Virus record (IMG/VR): IMGVR_UViG_3300035698_007626
Span: 708 to 64,707 of that record
DNA: 64,000 bases
DNA from: a virus
Lineage: Duplodnaviria; Caudoviricetes
Strand: one strand, 5' to 3'
Shown here one piece after another: positions 48,036 through 57,447 of the stretch (the stretch's first letter is position 1; every line of letters begins with the position of its first letter). The position numbers were made by a program, and so were the translations under genes. Below the pieces are notes generated by a model. That model was given only the letters and a program-made list of their open reading frames with translations, did not search any database and was not told where the DNA came from.

Positions 48036-49270
48036 TGTCACGTATAGTCTTTCTCCAAAAAGCAGTCAATGCCGTTGTAGAAGCAGGGGGCAACAAGACC
48101 GCCGCCGCTGAGACACTCGGCATCCCACGAACCACGCTAAATGACCGACTAGCGGAAGCGCGGCGGACTGGCGTCATCCCGTCCATCGAGGCACCCGACG
48201 TTGAGGCCAAGCTGGCCGAGGCAGAATATCGCCATACGCAGGAGGTGCGCTCCCTAGAGCGCCAGCTGCGCGCGGCCACCACCAACGCCGTGACCGAGGA
48301 AGCCATTCGTAACGTCTACTTGGAACTGGGCGGCACCGAGCTAGCTGCGCCTAGGTGGCTCCGTCAAACATCTCGCGCCGTGGAAAATAGTGCGGGCGTG
48401 CCTACGCTGTTCCTCAGCGACTACCATTGGGGCGAGGTTGTCTCATCAGAGGAAGTCAATGGACAGAACACTTACAATCCCGAGATCGCTCGCGAGCGTC
48501 ATGAACTCACAATCAACCGGGCCGTGGACTTGTGTAAAAATCACATGGTCGGCAACGACTACCCGGGAATTGTGGTGGCTCTCGGTGGCGATATGGTCAG
48601 CGGAGAGATCCACCCGGAGATTACCGCAACCAACTCAGGCTCAGTCCTTGAACAACTCTTCGAGGTCGGCGCAGAATTGAAGCGCGCCATCACTTACATT
48701 GCCGACGAGTTCGGGGCGGTCTTTGTGCCCACGGCTTTCGGCAATCACGCGCGCACCACCTTCAAGCCGGGCTTCAAGCAGGCGGCCAAGAACAACGTGG
48801 ACTGGGCGCTATACATGTTCCTTGCGTCGTTGTTCAAGGACGATGATCGTGTCACGATCCATGTGCCCAAGTCATTCGATAGCCACTTCAGGATCTTCGA
48901 CACGTCTTACTTGCTGACCCACGGCGATCGCCTCGGCGTGGCGGGCGGGTCGGGCGAGATCGGCATGTTGTCGCCCATTGCGCGCGGCGTTAAGCGCCTC
49001 AAGGCCCAGTATTCCGACTTCAACATTGACATCGACTATGTCATGATGGGCCATTACCATCACCGGCTGCGGCTGCCCGACGCCATGGTCAACGGCTCCA
49101 TCAAGGGCTACGACGAGTTTGCAATGGGCATGCGCTTCTCGCCCCAAGCGCCGCAGCAGGCCTTGTGGTTTACGCACCCGCGCCACGGCGTCACCTTCGA
49201 ATGTCCCATCTTTTCGGGAGAGGTTGCGCCCGCTGCACACAATCCGTGGGTGGCTTGGAAACCTGTCTAA
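48035..49270 (+). CDS. HTH + calcineurin-like metallophosphoesterase
   Basis: Fis-like GNKTAAAETLGIPRTTL; SDYHWGE, GGDMVSG, GNH, HGD, GHYH. Confidence 0.85.
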   Translation: MSRIVFLQKAVNAVVEAGGNKTAAAETLGIPRTTLNDRLAEARRTGVIPSIEAPDVEAKLAEAEYRHTQEVRSLERQLRAATTNAVTEEAIRNVYLELGGTELAAPRWLRQTSRAVENSAGVPTLFLSDYHWGEVVSSEEVNGQNTYNPEIARERHELTINRAVDLCKNHMVGNDYPGIVVALGGDMVSGEIHPEITATNSGSVLEQLFEVGAELKRAITYIADEFGAVFVPTAFGNHARTTFKPGFKQAAKNNVDWALYMFLASLFKDDDRVTIHVPKSFDSHFRIFDTSYLLTHGDRLGVAGGSGEIGMLSPIARGVKRLKAQYSDFNIDIDYVMMGHYHHRLRLPDAMVNGSIKGYDEFAMGMRFSPQAPQQALWFTHPRHGVTFECPIFSGEVAPAAHNPWVAWKPV

Positions 49271-49283
49271 TTTGTGGTATTAT
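49255..49283 (+). promoter_or_regulatory. sigma70 promoter for the lysis cassette (probably leaderless)
   Basis: TTGGAA-N17-TATTAT with extended TG; ATG 7 nt downstream. Confidence 0.6.
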
Positions 49284-49289
49284 TGTATT

Positions 49290-50108
49290 ATGAGTATTCT
49301 AGAACACCTTGACCAATTAGTCAGTGCCCCATCTAAGGGCATTGACTCGCTGCGTGAAGATGTTCTCGCCGGGCGGGCCACGGCGGGCGAATATGCTCAA
49401 GCTACCTTTAAGGAAGTGGATGGGGAGGGGTCTCAAGAAAATAGCTTCGCCGCCAACCCCGCCTCGCCCTTCCAAGATTTTTGGGGAATGCTTAGTAACA
49501 TGGTACAAGGACGTAAGCGCTACAACGACCAAGAGATGGCCGCGCTGGGCATCGACAACGACTTCATTGCCGACCAAGAAGGCTTTGAGACCACCGGCTA
49601 CGTGCCCAACTCAGGCAAGAGCGGCGTCACTGTGAGCAGCGGCGTCGATCTGGGCCAGATGAATGAGGCCGACCTGCGCGGGCTGGGACTTGCATCCCCC
49701 CTCGCGGACCGGCTCAAGCCCTACCTAGGGGCCAAGCGCGACGAGGCGCAGAGCGTCCTTCGACAGAAGCCCCTGCGTTTAACTGAGGGTGAGGCGTACG
49801 ACCTAGACCTTGCCTTCAAAAAGAAGCAGGCGCGCCAGCTTCGCAACAAGTGGGAGAAGTCTAGCGGGCAGTCATGGGACGACCTGACGCCCTACCAGCG
49901 CACGGTTCTTTACTCGGTCGCCCATCAATATGGCACCGACCTAGAGAGTGCCACTCCCAAGTTTTGGCAGGCCGCCACTACCGGCGACTGGCGCGGCGTG
50001 CTAAAAGAACTCCGAGATTTCGGAGACAGCTACAAGTCTAGGCGCAACCGGGAAGCGGACTATCTGCAAGCCGGGCTGCGCAACAATTCTAAAAGGATGT
50101 TTAAATAA
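49290..50108 (+). CDS. Pesticin-type (T4 lysozyme fold) muramidase / endolysin
   Basis: FI..QEG...GYVP..GKSGVT..SGVDLGQ, L.PYLG, QRTV..SV.HQYG, ELRDFGD.Y.SRRNREA.YL. Confidence 0.85.
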   Translation: MSILEHLDQLVSAPSKGIDSLREDVLAGRATAGEYAQATFKEVDGEGSQENSFAANPASPFQDFWGMLSNMVQGRKRYNDQEMAALGIDNDFIADQEGFETTGYVPNSGKSGVTVSSGVDLGQMNEADLRGLGLASPLADRLKPYLGAKRDEAQSVLRQKPLRLTEGEAYDLDLAFKKKQARQLRNKWEKSSGQSWDDLTPYQRTVLYSVAHQYGTDLESATPKFWQAATTGDWRGVLKELRDFGDSYKSRRNREADYLQAGLRNNSKRMFK

Positions 50109-50275
50109 TGGAAGATTTTGATCTCGTATCTATGCTCGTGGGCGCGGTCGTGGTGGCAATTCCCTTTGCCCTGCAGTACCTGCGCACCTACGTTAAGTCC
50201 ACCGACACTAAGCTCGATAACAAAATTCTGGACGCCGTTGAGCAGGCGTTCAAGGGCAAGCCCGAGGACAAGTAA
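50108..50275 (+). CDS. Putative holin (55 aa, below the ORF-track cutoff)
   Basis: MEDFDLVSMLVGAVVVAIPFALQYLRTYVKSTDTKLDNKILDAVEQAFKGKPEDK; TAATG overlaps at both ends. Confidence 0.6.
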   Translation: MEDFDLVSMLVGAVVVAIPFALQYLRTYVKSTDTKLDNKILDAVEQAFKGKPEDK

Positions 50276-50511
50276 TGGGTTGGTCAGCGCTGCTCTTCAA
50301 GCTTTTGCCTACGCTAATCAATGGCGCCGTGTTACTGGCTAAGGCGTTCATCTCATACTTCCTAGGTAAGAAGGCGGGCAAGGCTGACCAGCAAAACACT
50401 GATCTGAAGGCTACAGTAAATGTCAAAGATAAACAAGCTGAGGCTGCGCGCAAGTCTCCTAAGTCTAAGTCTGCTGCTATTGACGAGTTGCGCGACGGCG
50501 ACGCTTTCTAG
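50275..50511 (+). CDS. Putative i-spanin (Rz-like)
   Basis: N-terminal TM then helical periplasmic domain. Confidence 0.65.
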   Translation: MGWSALLFKLLPTLINGAVLLAKAFISYFLGKKAGKADQQNTDLKATVNVKDKQAEAARKSPKSKSAAIDELRDGDAF

Positions 50512-50659
50512 CGTCTGTCCCGCGCCTGTAGAATACAGCACATTGGAACAGCGGCAGCTTGCACAGGAGCTTGACTCCGTGGACCCCGGCTCAACGATTA
50601 TGCGGGTGGTCCTCGATTTTATTCAACTGAATAGGGAGCTCAAAGAATGTCAAAAATGA
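50420..50659 (+). CDS. Putative o-spanin lipoprotein (Rz1-like)
   Basis: Overlaps the i-spanin in another frame; LLLLTSC lipobox. Confidence 0.7.
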   Translation: MSKINKLRLRASLLSLSLLLLTSCATATLSSVCPAPVEYSTLEQRQLAQELDSVDPGSTIMRVVLDFIQLNRELKECQK

Positions 50660-50692
50660 AAACGGCCAAGCCGGCCTGTAAGCGAAATAAGT

Positions 50693-50719
50693 AGGGGGGC
50701 CCAGTGCCCCCCTTTCTTT
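50693..50719. terminator. Terminator at the convergence of the two genome arms
   Basis: AGGGGGGC/GCCCCCCT stem with T-rich tail; A-rich on the other side. Confidence 0.75.
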
Positions 50720-50907
50720 ATCAATTTATGCCTGTTACAGTCCGCCATCCATGACAATCAGTGCCCGCCAGTAATCCCGTTCTTTGCGTGGAAGCTGGTC
50801 AAAGTCACGCCAGCCCGGTCGCCGGATGCCGGGCGCGCGCTCGCGATGGAGTGCATACAGGGCCCGGGCCTCCTCGTCATACTTAGTATTCTCAACGGCC
50901 ATAGTCT

Positions 50908-51153
50908 TTAATCCTCTCTGTGCTCAGGCTGTCGGCGGATGTGCCCCACCAGCTTGTTAAGATCGTGATAAGTAAACTTACTCTTGTCGGGGCAGGGCTC
51001 ATCCCCAAACATAAACGCCCGCCACGCCTTCCACACAAGGAGCCAAGAGTCCAGCCCGTAGCCCTCTTGTGTGTACTTCTCCATGTAAGTCGGTTGTGTC
51101 TCTACCAACGCAGTAAGCAGCGGCGGCAGGTACACCTCAGGAATGGCCTTCAT
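50908..51153 (-). CDS. Hypothetical protein
   Basis: 81-aa coupled ORF. Confidence 0.5.
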   Translation of the reverse strand: MKAIPEVYLPPLLTALVETQPTYMEKYTQEGYGLDSWLLVWKAWRAFMFGDEPCPDKSKFTYHDLNKLVGHIRRQPEHRED

Positions 51154-51383
51154 TACGCGAACTCACCGCCGGCCATATTGATCCGGTGCCGGATCTTTTC
51201 TACTGTCTCCGCCACCACGAGATTGTCGCGTTTGCCGCGCATCTCGACAATGACACAAACCAGTTTATCGTGTACGGCCTTAATGTCCTTGATGCGGACT
51301 AGGCACGGGGCCCAGCCCATCTCGTCGTTCTCCACATCAGGCATCTCCGCGTGTAGCAAAATGAACTTTGTCATATAGATCAT
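51153..51383 (-). CDS. Hypothetical protein
   Basis: 76-aa ORF, GGAG RBS. Confidence 0.5.
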   Translation of the reverse strand: MIYMTKFILLHAEMPDVENDEMGWAPCLVRIKDIKAVHDKLVCVIVEMRGKRDNLVVAETVEKIRHRINMAGGEFA

Positions 51384-51549
51384 TACACTCCGTAATTAAT
51401 TTTTGAAGAGTCTCGGCGGCCTCCCGCATCAGGCGGTCCCTATAGGGGTCCGACCGGTGGCCGTTACGTAGGCGTTGAATTAACAGTGTATAGTCCCGTA
51501 CACCCTCAACTCCCCGCACTCCTAGCTTCTTGGACTTCCGTCGTGGCAT
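51337..51549 (-). CDS. Hypothetical protein
   Basis: 70-aa ORF, LIQRLR...MREAA.TL motif common in small phage proteins. Confidence 0.45.
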   Translation of the reverse strand: MPRRKSKKLGVRGVEGVRDYTLLIQRLRNGHRSDPYRDRLMREAAETLQKLITECNDLYDKVHFATRGDA

Positions 51550-51550
51550 C

Positions 51551-51754
51551 TTACGTCTCTTTCAACGCCTCATAAACTTCCGGCAGTGCGTCCGCCGTCT
51601 TCCTATCCAGCAGCCCCAGCGCGGCGCGTGGCGTCAGGTTGTACATATGCTGGATCGGGGGCCAACCCCCCAACTTATAAAGCCCGTAACGCTTGTACCC
51701 CTTAGGGCTGGGCTTGCGAAATCCTACGATCAACTTAGTCATATCCCCCCTCAT
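51551..51754 (-). CDS. Hypothetical protein
   Basis: Short ORF in operon orientation. Confidence 0.45.
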   Translation of the reverse strand: MRGDMTKLIVGFRKPSPKGYKRYGLYKLGGWPPIQHMYNLTPRAALGLLDRKTADALPEVYEALKET

Positions 51755-51870
51755 TGATTAACAGTACCAGTGCCTCGTGCTCGGGCACCCCGATCTTTTT
51801 CAAAGCGCACCACGCAGTCTCGCCATTGATACGCTTAGCATTCAGGCTCGCTAAGATTTGAGCTATTTCC

Positions 51871-54114
51871 TCATTCATCACAGGTTCTCGTTCCAGTTTC
51901 AGGGTCTATGCGGCACGCCGCCCCCTCTTCCTCGGAGGCCGTCTCAGTAAGAATGCCCATGCGCTTGCCGCCCGGATTAAACGTGGTGACACCCTTGGTG
52001 CCTAACTCCCACGCCTTTGTGTAGACGGCCTTGAACTCCTCCCAAGGCGTGCTGGGGTCCACGTTAATAGTCTTAGAACAGGCGCTATCAATGAAACACT
52101 GGGCCGTCGCCAGCACGGCAAGGTGCTCGTCCAGTGTGGCCTCAGTAGCGGTCTTGCCTCGCACCCCGTGCTCTCCCCACGCATAGTCCATAATCGCCAC
52201 CTGTTTCTCCCCGTCAAACTCTTTTACCGTGCGCGTGAACTCCAGCGCATAGGGCGGCTCGATCCCACTGGACACATTCCCAGCGGCCAAGCTGATAGTA
52301 CCTGTTGGGGCGATGCTTGTCAAGTGCGAATTGCGAATGCCCTGCGAATAGATGGTGTCGCGGGTCGTCGGCTCCAGCGTCCGCACAAACCCGCCCTCCA
52401 TATACGCATCGGGCTCATACAATGGAAATGGCTCCTTGCGGCCCGCCACATCGGCGCTCGCCACATAACATCGATTGGTGATAAACCCCATCACCTGCGC
52501 CTGCTGTTCCAGAAAGCTGGCACTGCCGTACACATGCCCTAAAATTTCCAGCGCGTTCGCCAGCCCCGTAACCCCGAGGCCCATGCGACGCTTGTTCTTG
52601 GCCTCCTCGCGCTGCTCGACCAGCGGGTACTTAGTGCGGTCCACCACGTTGTCCATGGCGGGCACCACGGTCTCCACGTCGTTGGCCAGCATGTCCCAAT
52701 CAAAGCCGCGTCCGTCTCGATGAATGTATTTCACCAGATTGAAACTGCCCAGCAGGCACGCCCCGTTGGGAGGCAGGGGCTGTTCGCCGCACGGATTTGT
52801 CGCCGCAATAGTCTCACAATAATGCAGGTTGTTCATCTTATTGATGCGGTCAATGAAGAGCACGCCGGGCTCGGCCCAGTTCCACGTGCTGCGCATAATC
52901 TCTTCCCACAAATTGGCGGGATCAACTTCTGAATAGGTGCGCCCTCCCCACGAAAGCTCGAATGCGTCGGCGCCCGCGGTGACCGCTTTCATAAACTTGT
53001 CCGTCACAGCCAGCGAGATGTTGAAACCCGTCAGGCGATCGCGGTTCTGCTTGGCGCGAATAAACTCTTCTACATCCGGGTGGTCGATGCGCAACACGCC
53101 CATCTGGGCGCCCCTGCGATGGCCTGCCGACATGGTGGCGCGGCACACCGCATCATAAATCTCCATAAACGACAGAGGCCCGGAGCTCTTGGACTGCAAC
53201 TTCGTAATCAAGTCCCCCCTCGGGCGCAGCGTGGAATTGTGTGACAAGAACCCATTGGCAATAAGAGTTTTGGTTTCAGTTTCCGTGGCCCACAACTCTT
53301 GCTCTCCAATAAATTCAATACTTTTAACGTAAGAAGATTTAGTGGTTTTTCCACAGAGCTTGTTACCTTCGCCGTCCAAAATACCAGAAAGCCAACAATT
53401 CTCTTGGATTTCCCAAGGTTCTGTTGTGAATGCAATTTGGTCGTCTTTTTTTAAATCCTTGGTTTTAACCCACTTGTATCCTTGCCCTTTTTTCTTAAAA
53501 GGAAAATTTTTCGCACGACGAACTACCCAAAAATGGTCAGCAGACGCCGTAACATTTCCTCTATTGGTACGTACAACATACGTCGGCTGTGTTACCTTTT
53601 TATTTTCTAGAACTTTACTTCTCTTAAAAGTATTTTTGGTTAGATTTAACTCTTCGTCAAAAGCAACAAGTTCATCATCTTTTTCTAAATTGCTGACTTT
53701 TTCCCAAGTCAAATCGCTTTTTAGTATTAACGTGTCTGGAGCAAGGCAAAAGTCGTAGCCGACGCCACCGCCCATGCGCATGGTCTGTGCGGCCTTCCGG
53801 GCCACATCCATAATACTATCCTCACCATCCACGAACGTGTCCTGAATAGTGGGCATCACGTAACAATTGAAAGCCGTGATCGCTCTCGGCGACCCCATGG
53901 CGGCCTGCACGCGCCCGCCCGGTAGAAACCGCTGTTCCAACAACACATCACGCAGCCGGTCAAAGTGTTCGTCGTTGTCCTTGAGGGCGTTAGCTACGCG
54001 GGCACTCCACTCGCGGAAGCTCTCGTTGTTCCCTCGGTACTTCTCGGCGTGAATTTCATCACTGAACGTCTTGGTTGCGTGGGCTCTGTTTGACACTGGT
54101 TTCCAATTCCTCAA
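51871..54114 (-). CDS. nrdJ: Class II (adenosylcobalamin-dependent) ribonucleotide reductase containing a mini-intein
   Basis: FLPGGR, AFNCYV, RRGAQM, ATNPCGEQPL, CLLGS, SIAPTGTIS, C-terminal Cys pair; no NrdB partner seen. Confidence 0.9.
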   Translation of the reverse strand: MRNWKPVSNRAHATKTFSDEIHAEKYRGNNESFREWSARVANALKDNDEHFDRLRDVLLEQRFLPGGRVQAAMGSPRAITAFNCYVMPTIQDTFVDGEDSIMDVARKAAQTMRMGGGVGYDFCLAPDTLILKSDLTWEKVSNLEKDDELVAFDEELNLTKNTFKRSKVLENKKVTQPTYVVRTNRGNVTASADHFWVVRRAKNFPFKKKGQGYKWVKTKDLKKDDQIAFTTEPWEIQENCWLSGILDGEGNKLCGKTTKSSYVKSIEFIGEQELWATETETKTLIANGFLSHNSTLRPRGDLITKLQSKSSGPLSFMEIYDAVCRATMSAGHRRGAQMGVLRIDHPDVEEFIRAKQNRDRLTGFNISLAVTDKFMKAVTAGADAFELSWGGRTYSEVDPANLWEEIMRSTWNWAEPGVLFIDRINKMNNLHYCETIAATNPCGEQPLPPNGACLLGSFNLVKYIHRDGRGFDWDMLANDVETVVPAMDNVVDRTKYPLVEQREEAKNKRRMGLGVTGLANALEILGHVYGSASFLEQQAQVMGFITNRCYVASADVAGRKEPFPLYEPDAYMEGGFVRTLEPTTRDTIYSQGIRNSHLTSIAPTGTISLAAGNVSSGIEPPYALEFTRTVKEFDGEKQVAIMDYAWGEHGVRGKTATEATLDEHLAVLATAQCFIDSACSKTINVDPSTPWEEFKAVYTKAWELGTKGVTTFNPGGKRMGILTETASEEEGAACRIDPETGTRTCDE
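53236..53748 (-). mobile_element. Mini-intein (171 aa) in NrdJ with a relic LAGLIDADG motif
   Basis: GYDF|CLAPDT ... TASADH ... WLSGILDGEG ... LIANGFLSHN|STLRP; AT-rich versus flanks. Confidence 0.9.
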
Positions 54115-54325
54115 GCAGGGCGCGGCCCCTGCCTCTCAATTCTTTCTTCCGTAACATCTCCACGACCTTGCGCGGATCGGCCTCGGTCTCTTCCATTAGC
54201 AACTTGGTTTTCGTAGAAAAGCGGGACACCTTGGGGACGCCCCCAATAGGCATTACAAACACCCACTTGCGCCCGCGCTTTACGAGAGCGATGCGCCACC
54301 CCTCAAGGTACACCGAATATAGCAT
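54059..54325 (-). CDS. Hypothetical basic protein
   Basis: 88-aa ORF, RGRKWV motif. Confidence 0.5.
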   Translation of the reverse strand: MLYSVYLEGWRIALVKRGRKWVFVMPIGGVPKVSRFSTKTKLLMEETEADPRKVVEMLRKKELRGRGRALLEELETSVKQSPRNQDVQ

Positions 54326-54563
54326 CGTACTTCACTTTCAACTCGGGGTCTTCAATCTTGGGGTCCAGCCCCAGTTCACGGCACGCCGCCCTATAGAAGT
54401 TAACAACGTCCATGGCAGCGTCGCGACTCACGGCCTGCTTAGACAGCGCGTGCAACTTGATAATCATCTGCTTCATGCGGCGCTCAAGCTCGTCGTTTCG
54501 CTGTTTAAGTTTGAAGATTGCTGTAGCGTCGAGAACCAGCGTGGTGGTTTTCTGTTTGTCCAT
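54303..54563 (-). CDS. Hypothetical coiled-coil protein
   Basis: 86-aa ORF. Confidence 0.5.
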   Translation of the reverse strand: MDKQKTTTLVLDATAIFKLKQRNDELERRMKQMIIKLHALSKQAVSRDAAMDVVNFYRAACRELGLDPKIEDPELKVKYDAIFGVP

Positions 54564-54985
54564 TTAGCAAAGCCCCCCTTGTTTCCCACATAGTAGCGAC
54601 GATAAGACGACACAATATCGTGGGTCTTGTACATGTCCGGCATACAAGCCGGCGGGTCGCGCCAACCGGCGCGCGGCAGATTCGGTGAGGGGGGAAGGCG
54701 CTGCCACACTTTCATGCTGGCGTGGACCTTCCCGCCGTACCGATGGCTGTACTCTGCGCCCAGCGCATGCAGGTGCGCCACTAGCCATCGGTAATGCTCA
54801 ATGCTGTCGGCGGCCCAGCGCACGCACGGGTGGCGCGCATGGGTGGGCTTGTACTTACCCGGAAAATCATCCGGCACCGCCGTGCACAAAATCTGCGCGG
54901 TCTCCAGCGTCATCTTGACGACGTGCTTATCACATAACATCTGGGCCGCCAGCGCCGGGTCGCGGTGCACAAAGAAAATATTCAT
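54473..54985 (-). CDS. Pyrimidine dimer DNA glycosylase-like protein (DenV-related)
   Basis: MNIF....DP..AAQ..CDKHVVKM.LE.AQ.L, YKPTH..HPC..W, EY..RYG.K.H, PP.CMPD.YK. Confidence 0.8.
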   Translation of the reverse strand: MNIFFVHRDPALAAQMLCDKHVVKMTLETAQILCTAVPDDFPGKYKPTHARHPCVRWAADSIEHYRWLVAHLHALGAEYSHRYGGKVHASMKVWQRLPPSPNLPRAGWRDPPACMPDMYKTHDIVSSYRRYYVGNKGGFAKWTNRKPPRWFSTLQQSSNLNSETTSLSAA

Positions 54986-55093
54986 TAGATCTCCTGAGAT
55001 AGAAAGGGGGAGGTTGCCTAAGCTTCCTCCCCCCTCTCGGTCACATGACCGGCCCGTCCCCCCTCAGAGCAGCCCGGCCATGTAACGAAGCGT

Positions 55094-55122
55094 ATTATAG
55101 CAAAACTAGGTGGGCCTGTCAA
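55094..55122 (-). promoter_or_regulatory. sigma70 promoter
   Basis: TTGACA-N17-TATAAT. Confidence 0.85.
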
Positions 55123-55527
55123 CCTTCTTTTTAACAGGCGGCAGCACCAAGGCGCCGGGCGGATGAAAGCCCATCGGCACCGTCACAGCGGGCGCCTCGT
55201 CTTCCTCTTCAACCTCCCAAATCTCCTCGCCGTTGGGCCAGTATAGCCCCGTAAACCTAGGCTCGACGTGGTCTTTCCCCATCAGAGTTCAGCCCCCATG
55301 CGCTCTAAGGCAAGGGCGAAGGCCGGCGGGATGCGTGTACCATAGGCTTCCGAGACGGCCAGAAAAACCTCCACAAACTCATCGGCGGTTTCAATGGTCT
55401 CAACGCGTTCCATCAGTGGTTCGTCGTGCATCAAATTTATCCCTTCCTTTTCTAGAGTACTTTCTCTTACTGCGTACCACGCTTGACTTGAATAGCCGAA
55501 GCACTGGCGCAATAGGGTTGCGGCGCT

Positions 55528-56025
55528 TTATATTTTTGGCACGTTTTTTACGCATAGTGTTGCGACACCTTGCCACCCTCGTCGCGCTAACATGTCCTCG
55601 GGTGTCTTAAATACAAGGCCCTTCCAGCCGTGTTTCATGAAGTTGCAAATTTGTACCAATCGAATGTGTTTCTTAGGAAACATCTTTCTTATAACAGGCA
55701 AATAATGTTGTGCCAACTGCGTGATGGCGTGGCCGGTTGCGGTGCGCTTCACCTCAATGATGTAGATGGTGCGCTTGCGTTTCTTGGGCATGAGTAGAAT
55801 GTCAGGCTGACACCATCCCACGCCGCGCTTGTCTTGATACTTGATCCACTGGCCCATCAACACCTCTCGGTCCTTACCGCACAGGGCCTCAAGCAGCGCG
55901 CCCAGCCGCTCTTCATACAGCTGACCTTCTCGTTGTACGCCTTTGAGGGGGGAGTCGGTGAGCCACGGGGGGCGCTCCGTAAACTCCGCCCATCTGACGC
56001 CAATTATTTTAGCGCGCTTAGCCAC
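55528..56025 (-). CDS. PD-(D/E)XK nuclease (possible resolvase)
   Basis: G..YE, QPDILL, IIEVK.T, QL..Y. Confidence 0.7.
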   Translation of the reverse strand: MAKRAKIIGVRWAEFTERPPWLTDSPLKGVQREGQLYEERLGALLEALCGKDREVLMGQWIKYQDKRGVGWCQPDILLMPKKRKRTIYIIEVKRTATGHAITQLAQHYLPVIRKMFPKKHIRLVQICNFMKHGWKGLVFKTPEDMLARRGWQGVATLCVKNVPKI

Positions 56026-57277
56026 AGGGTTGCAGTTTGCCTTTCACTCGTCTAACCATATTAGATGATATCATGGTTTGAATGACTTGTTCAACCTCGC
56101 CCGGCGTGCTCACCAGATCCGCCACCTTGCGCCGGAAGGCGGCCTCGGGCATGCCCCCCTTGGCGTCGCGCACAAAGGCGCGCAGGTGCTCATTCAGATC
56201 TTCCATGGTGCGGCCCACTCGGCCCCGCCCAAACAGTGTCAGGGCTTGTGGCATGTTCCGCTCGGCCTCGAACAGGGTACCCTTGGCGCGCTCCCAGTCC
56301 CCCTCGCGAATGATGCGCTCGTTGCTGCGGGATGCGCTATACACCATCGCCAGCTTGACGCACTGCCAATGGCGCCTCTGCAAGTACTCACCCAGATTGG
56401 GATCGACGGGGCGGGGCTCCAGCCCGGCCTGCACGTCGGCGCGGGCCTTGGCGTAGAAGCTTTCCTCGAAAGTCATGGGGCCGCGCATGTGGGCAATCTT
56501 GGCGAGGTCACTTGTGAAGGCCTCGATGGTGCCGGGCTTCACCCGCTTATATTCTAGGTCATCGGTGCGGGACTCGCTCGGATCATACACCACGATGATG
56601 CGCGACAGTAGGCCCTGCGACCGGGCGTTCTCCGGCAGGTGCCGAACCAACTCGGTCGGGGTGGCGCACGCAATCCAGTTAAGGCAAGGGCCCTTGATGT
56701 GGGCCTCTCCGGAGGTCTTGGTCAAGTAGTCGAAACTGGGTAGGCGATCCCACATCTCTGTGAGGAACATCTGCGTGTACTGGTCGTCGCGGTTCATGAA
56801 GGTGCCGAACTCACTAGTGACGAGAGTCATACTACTATCATAGTGTGAGGGCTCCCGATAAGACGCAAGCTCAATGTCGAGCCGCCCCAGCTTGGCCATC
56901 TCCTGCACCAGCTTCTCGGGCGTTACCTTGGCACCCATAACGTAGCGCGGGCGGTCGTCCAAGTCATAGGTACTGAGACCTATGTTGAAGTTCTCGTCGC
57001 CCTTGCTGGTGCCCAGCGGTGTCGTGATACCCGGAAACACGTGGCGCAGCGGCAAGATCAGGGAGGCGCTCTTCCCTGAGCCGGGCCCGCCCACCAGACA
57101 GATGAACATGTTGGCGCCGACTTGAAACGCCCCACTATCAAACCACACCGTGCGTCCCATGGCCCCAGCCACAGCGCTAATGGAGGCCCACTGCCGGAAG
57201 GCGCGCGGCAGTTGTGCCATGTCGCTATCTTGGGCGCGCACCATTGCTGTAATTAGGTCCTTGTAGTTGCGCATCAA
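56018..57277 (-). CDS. DUF3987-type P-loop ATPase (replicative helicase/primase partner)
   Basis: P..F..W..ISAVAGA..R.VW, GGPGSGKS, TPEKL, SEFG.F, GLLSRII. Confidence 0.75.
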   Translation of the reverse strand: MMRNYKDLITAMVRAQDSDMAQLPRAFRQWASISAVAGAMGRTVWFDSGAFQVGANMFICLVGGPGSGKSASLILPLRHVFPGITTPLGTSKGDENFNIGLSTYDLDDRPRYVMGAKVTPEKLVQEMAKLGRLDIELASYREPSHYDSSMTLVTSEFGTFMNRDDQYTQMFLTEMWDRLPSFDYLTKTSGEAHIKGPCLNWIACATPTELVRHLPENARSQGLLSRIIVVYDPSESRTDDLEYKRVKPGTIEAFTSDLAKIAHMRGPMTFEESFYAKARADVQAGLEPRPVDPNLGEYLQRRHWQCVKLAMVYSASRSNERIIREGDWERAKGTLFEAERNMPQALTLFGRGRVGRTMEDLNEHLRAFVRDAKGGMPEAAFRRKVADLVSTPGEVEQVIQTMISSNMVRRVKGKLQPCG

Positions 57278-57447
57278 GCATCCGCAAACTTAATATTGCT
57301 GCGGACCTGATAGGGTTCCGTCTCGTTGTTGTAAACGCTCTCGACCCAGACGCGGACGTGCCGGTAGCCTTTGCGGTGCCAGAAGTTTTCAATGCGCTCG
57401 GCCAACTCCCACGAAAGTCGGCGGCTGTACAAGTAATTATTCTTCAT
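57274..57447 (-). CDS. Small conserved protein (57 aa, below cutoff)
   Basis: MKNNYLYSRRLSWELAERIENFWHRKGY...YQVRSN; overlaps both neighbours. Confidence 0.55.
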   Translation of the reverse strand: MKNNYLYSRRLSWELAERIENFWHRKGYRHVRVWVESVYNNETEPYQVRSNIKFADA

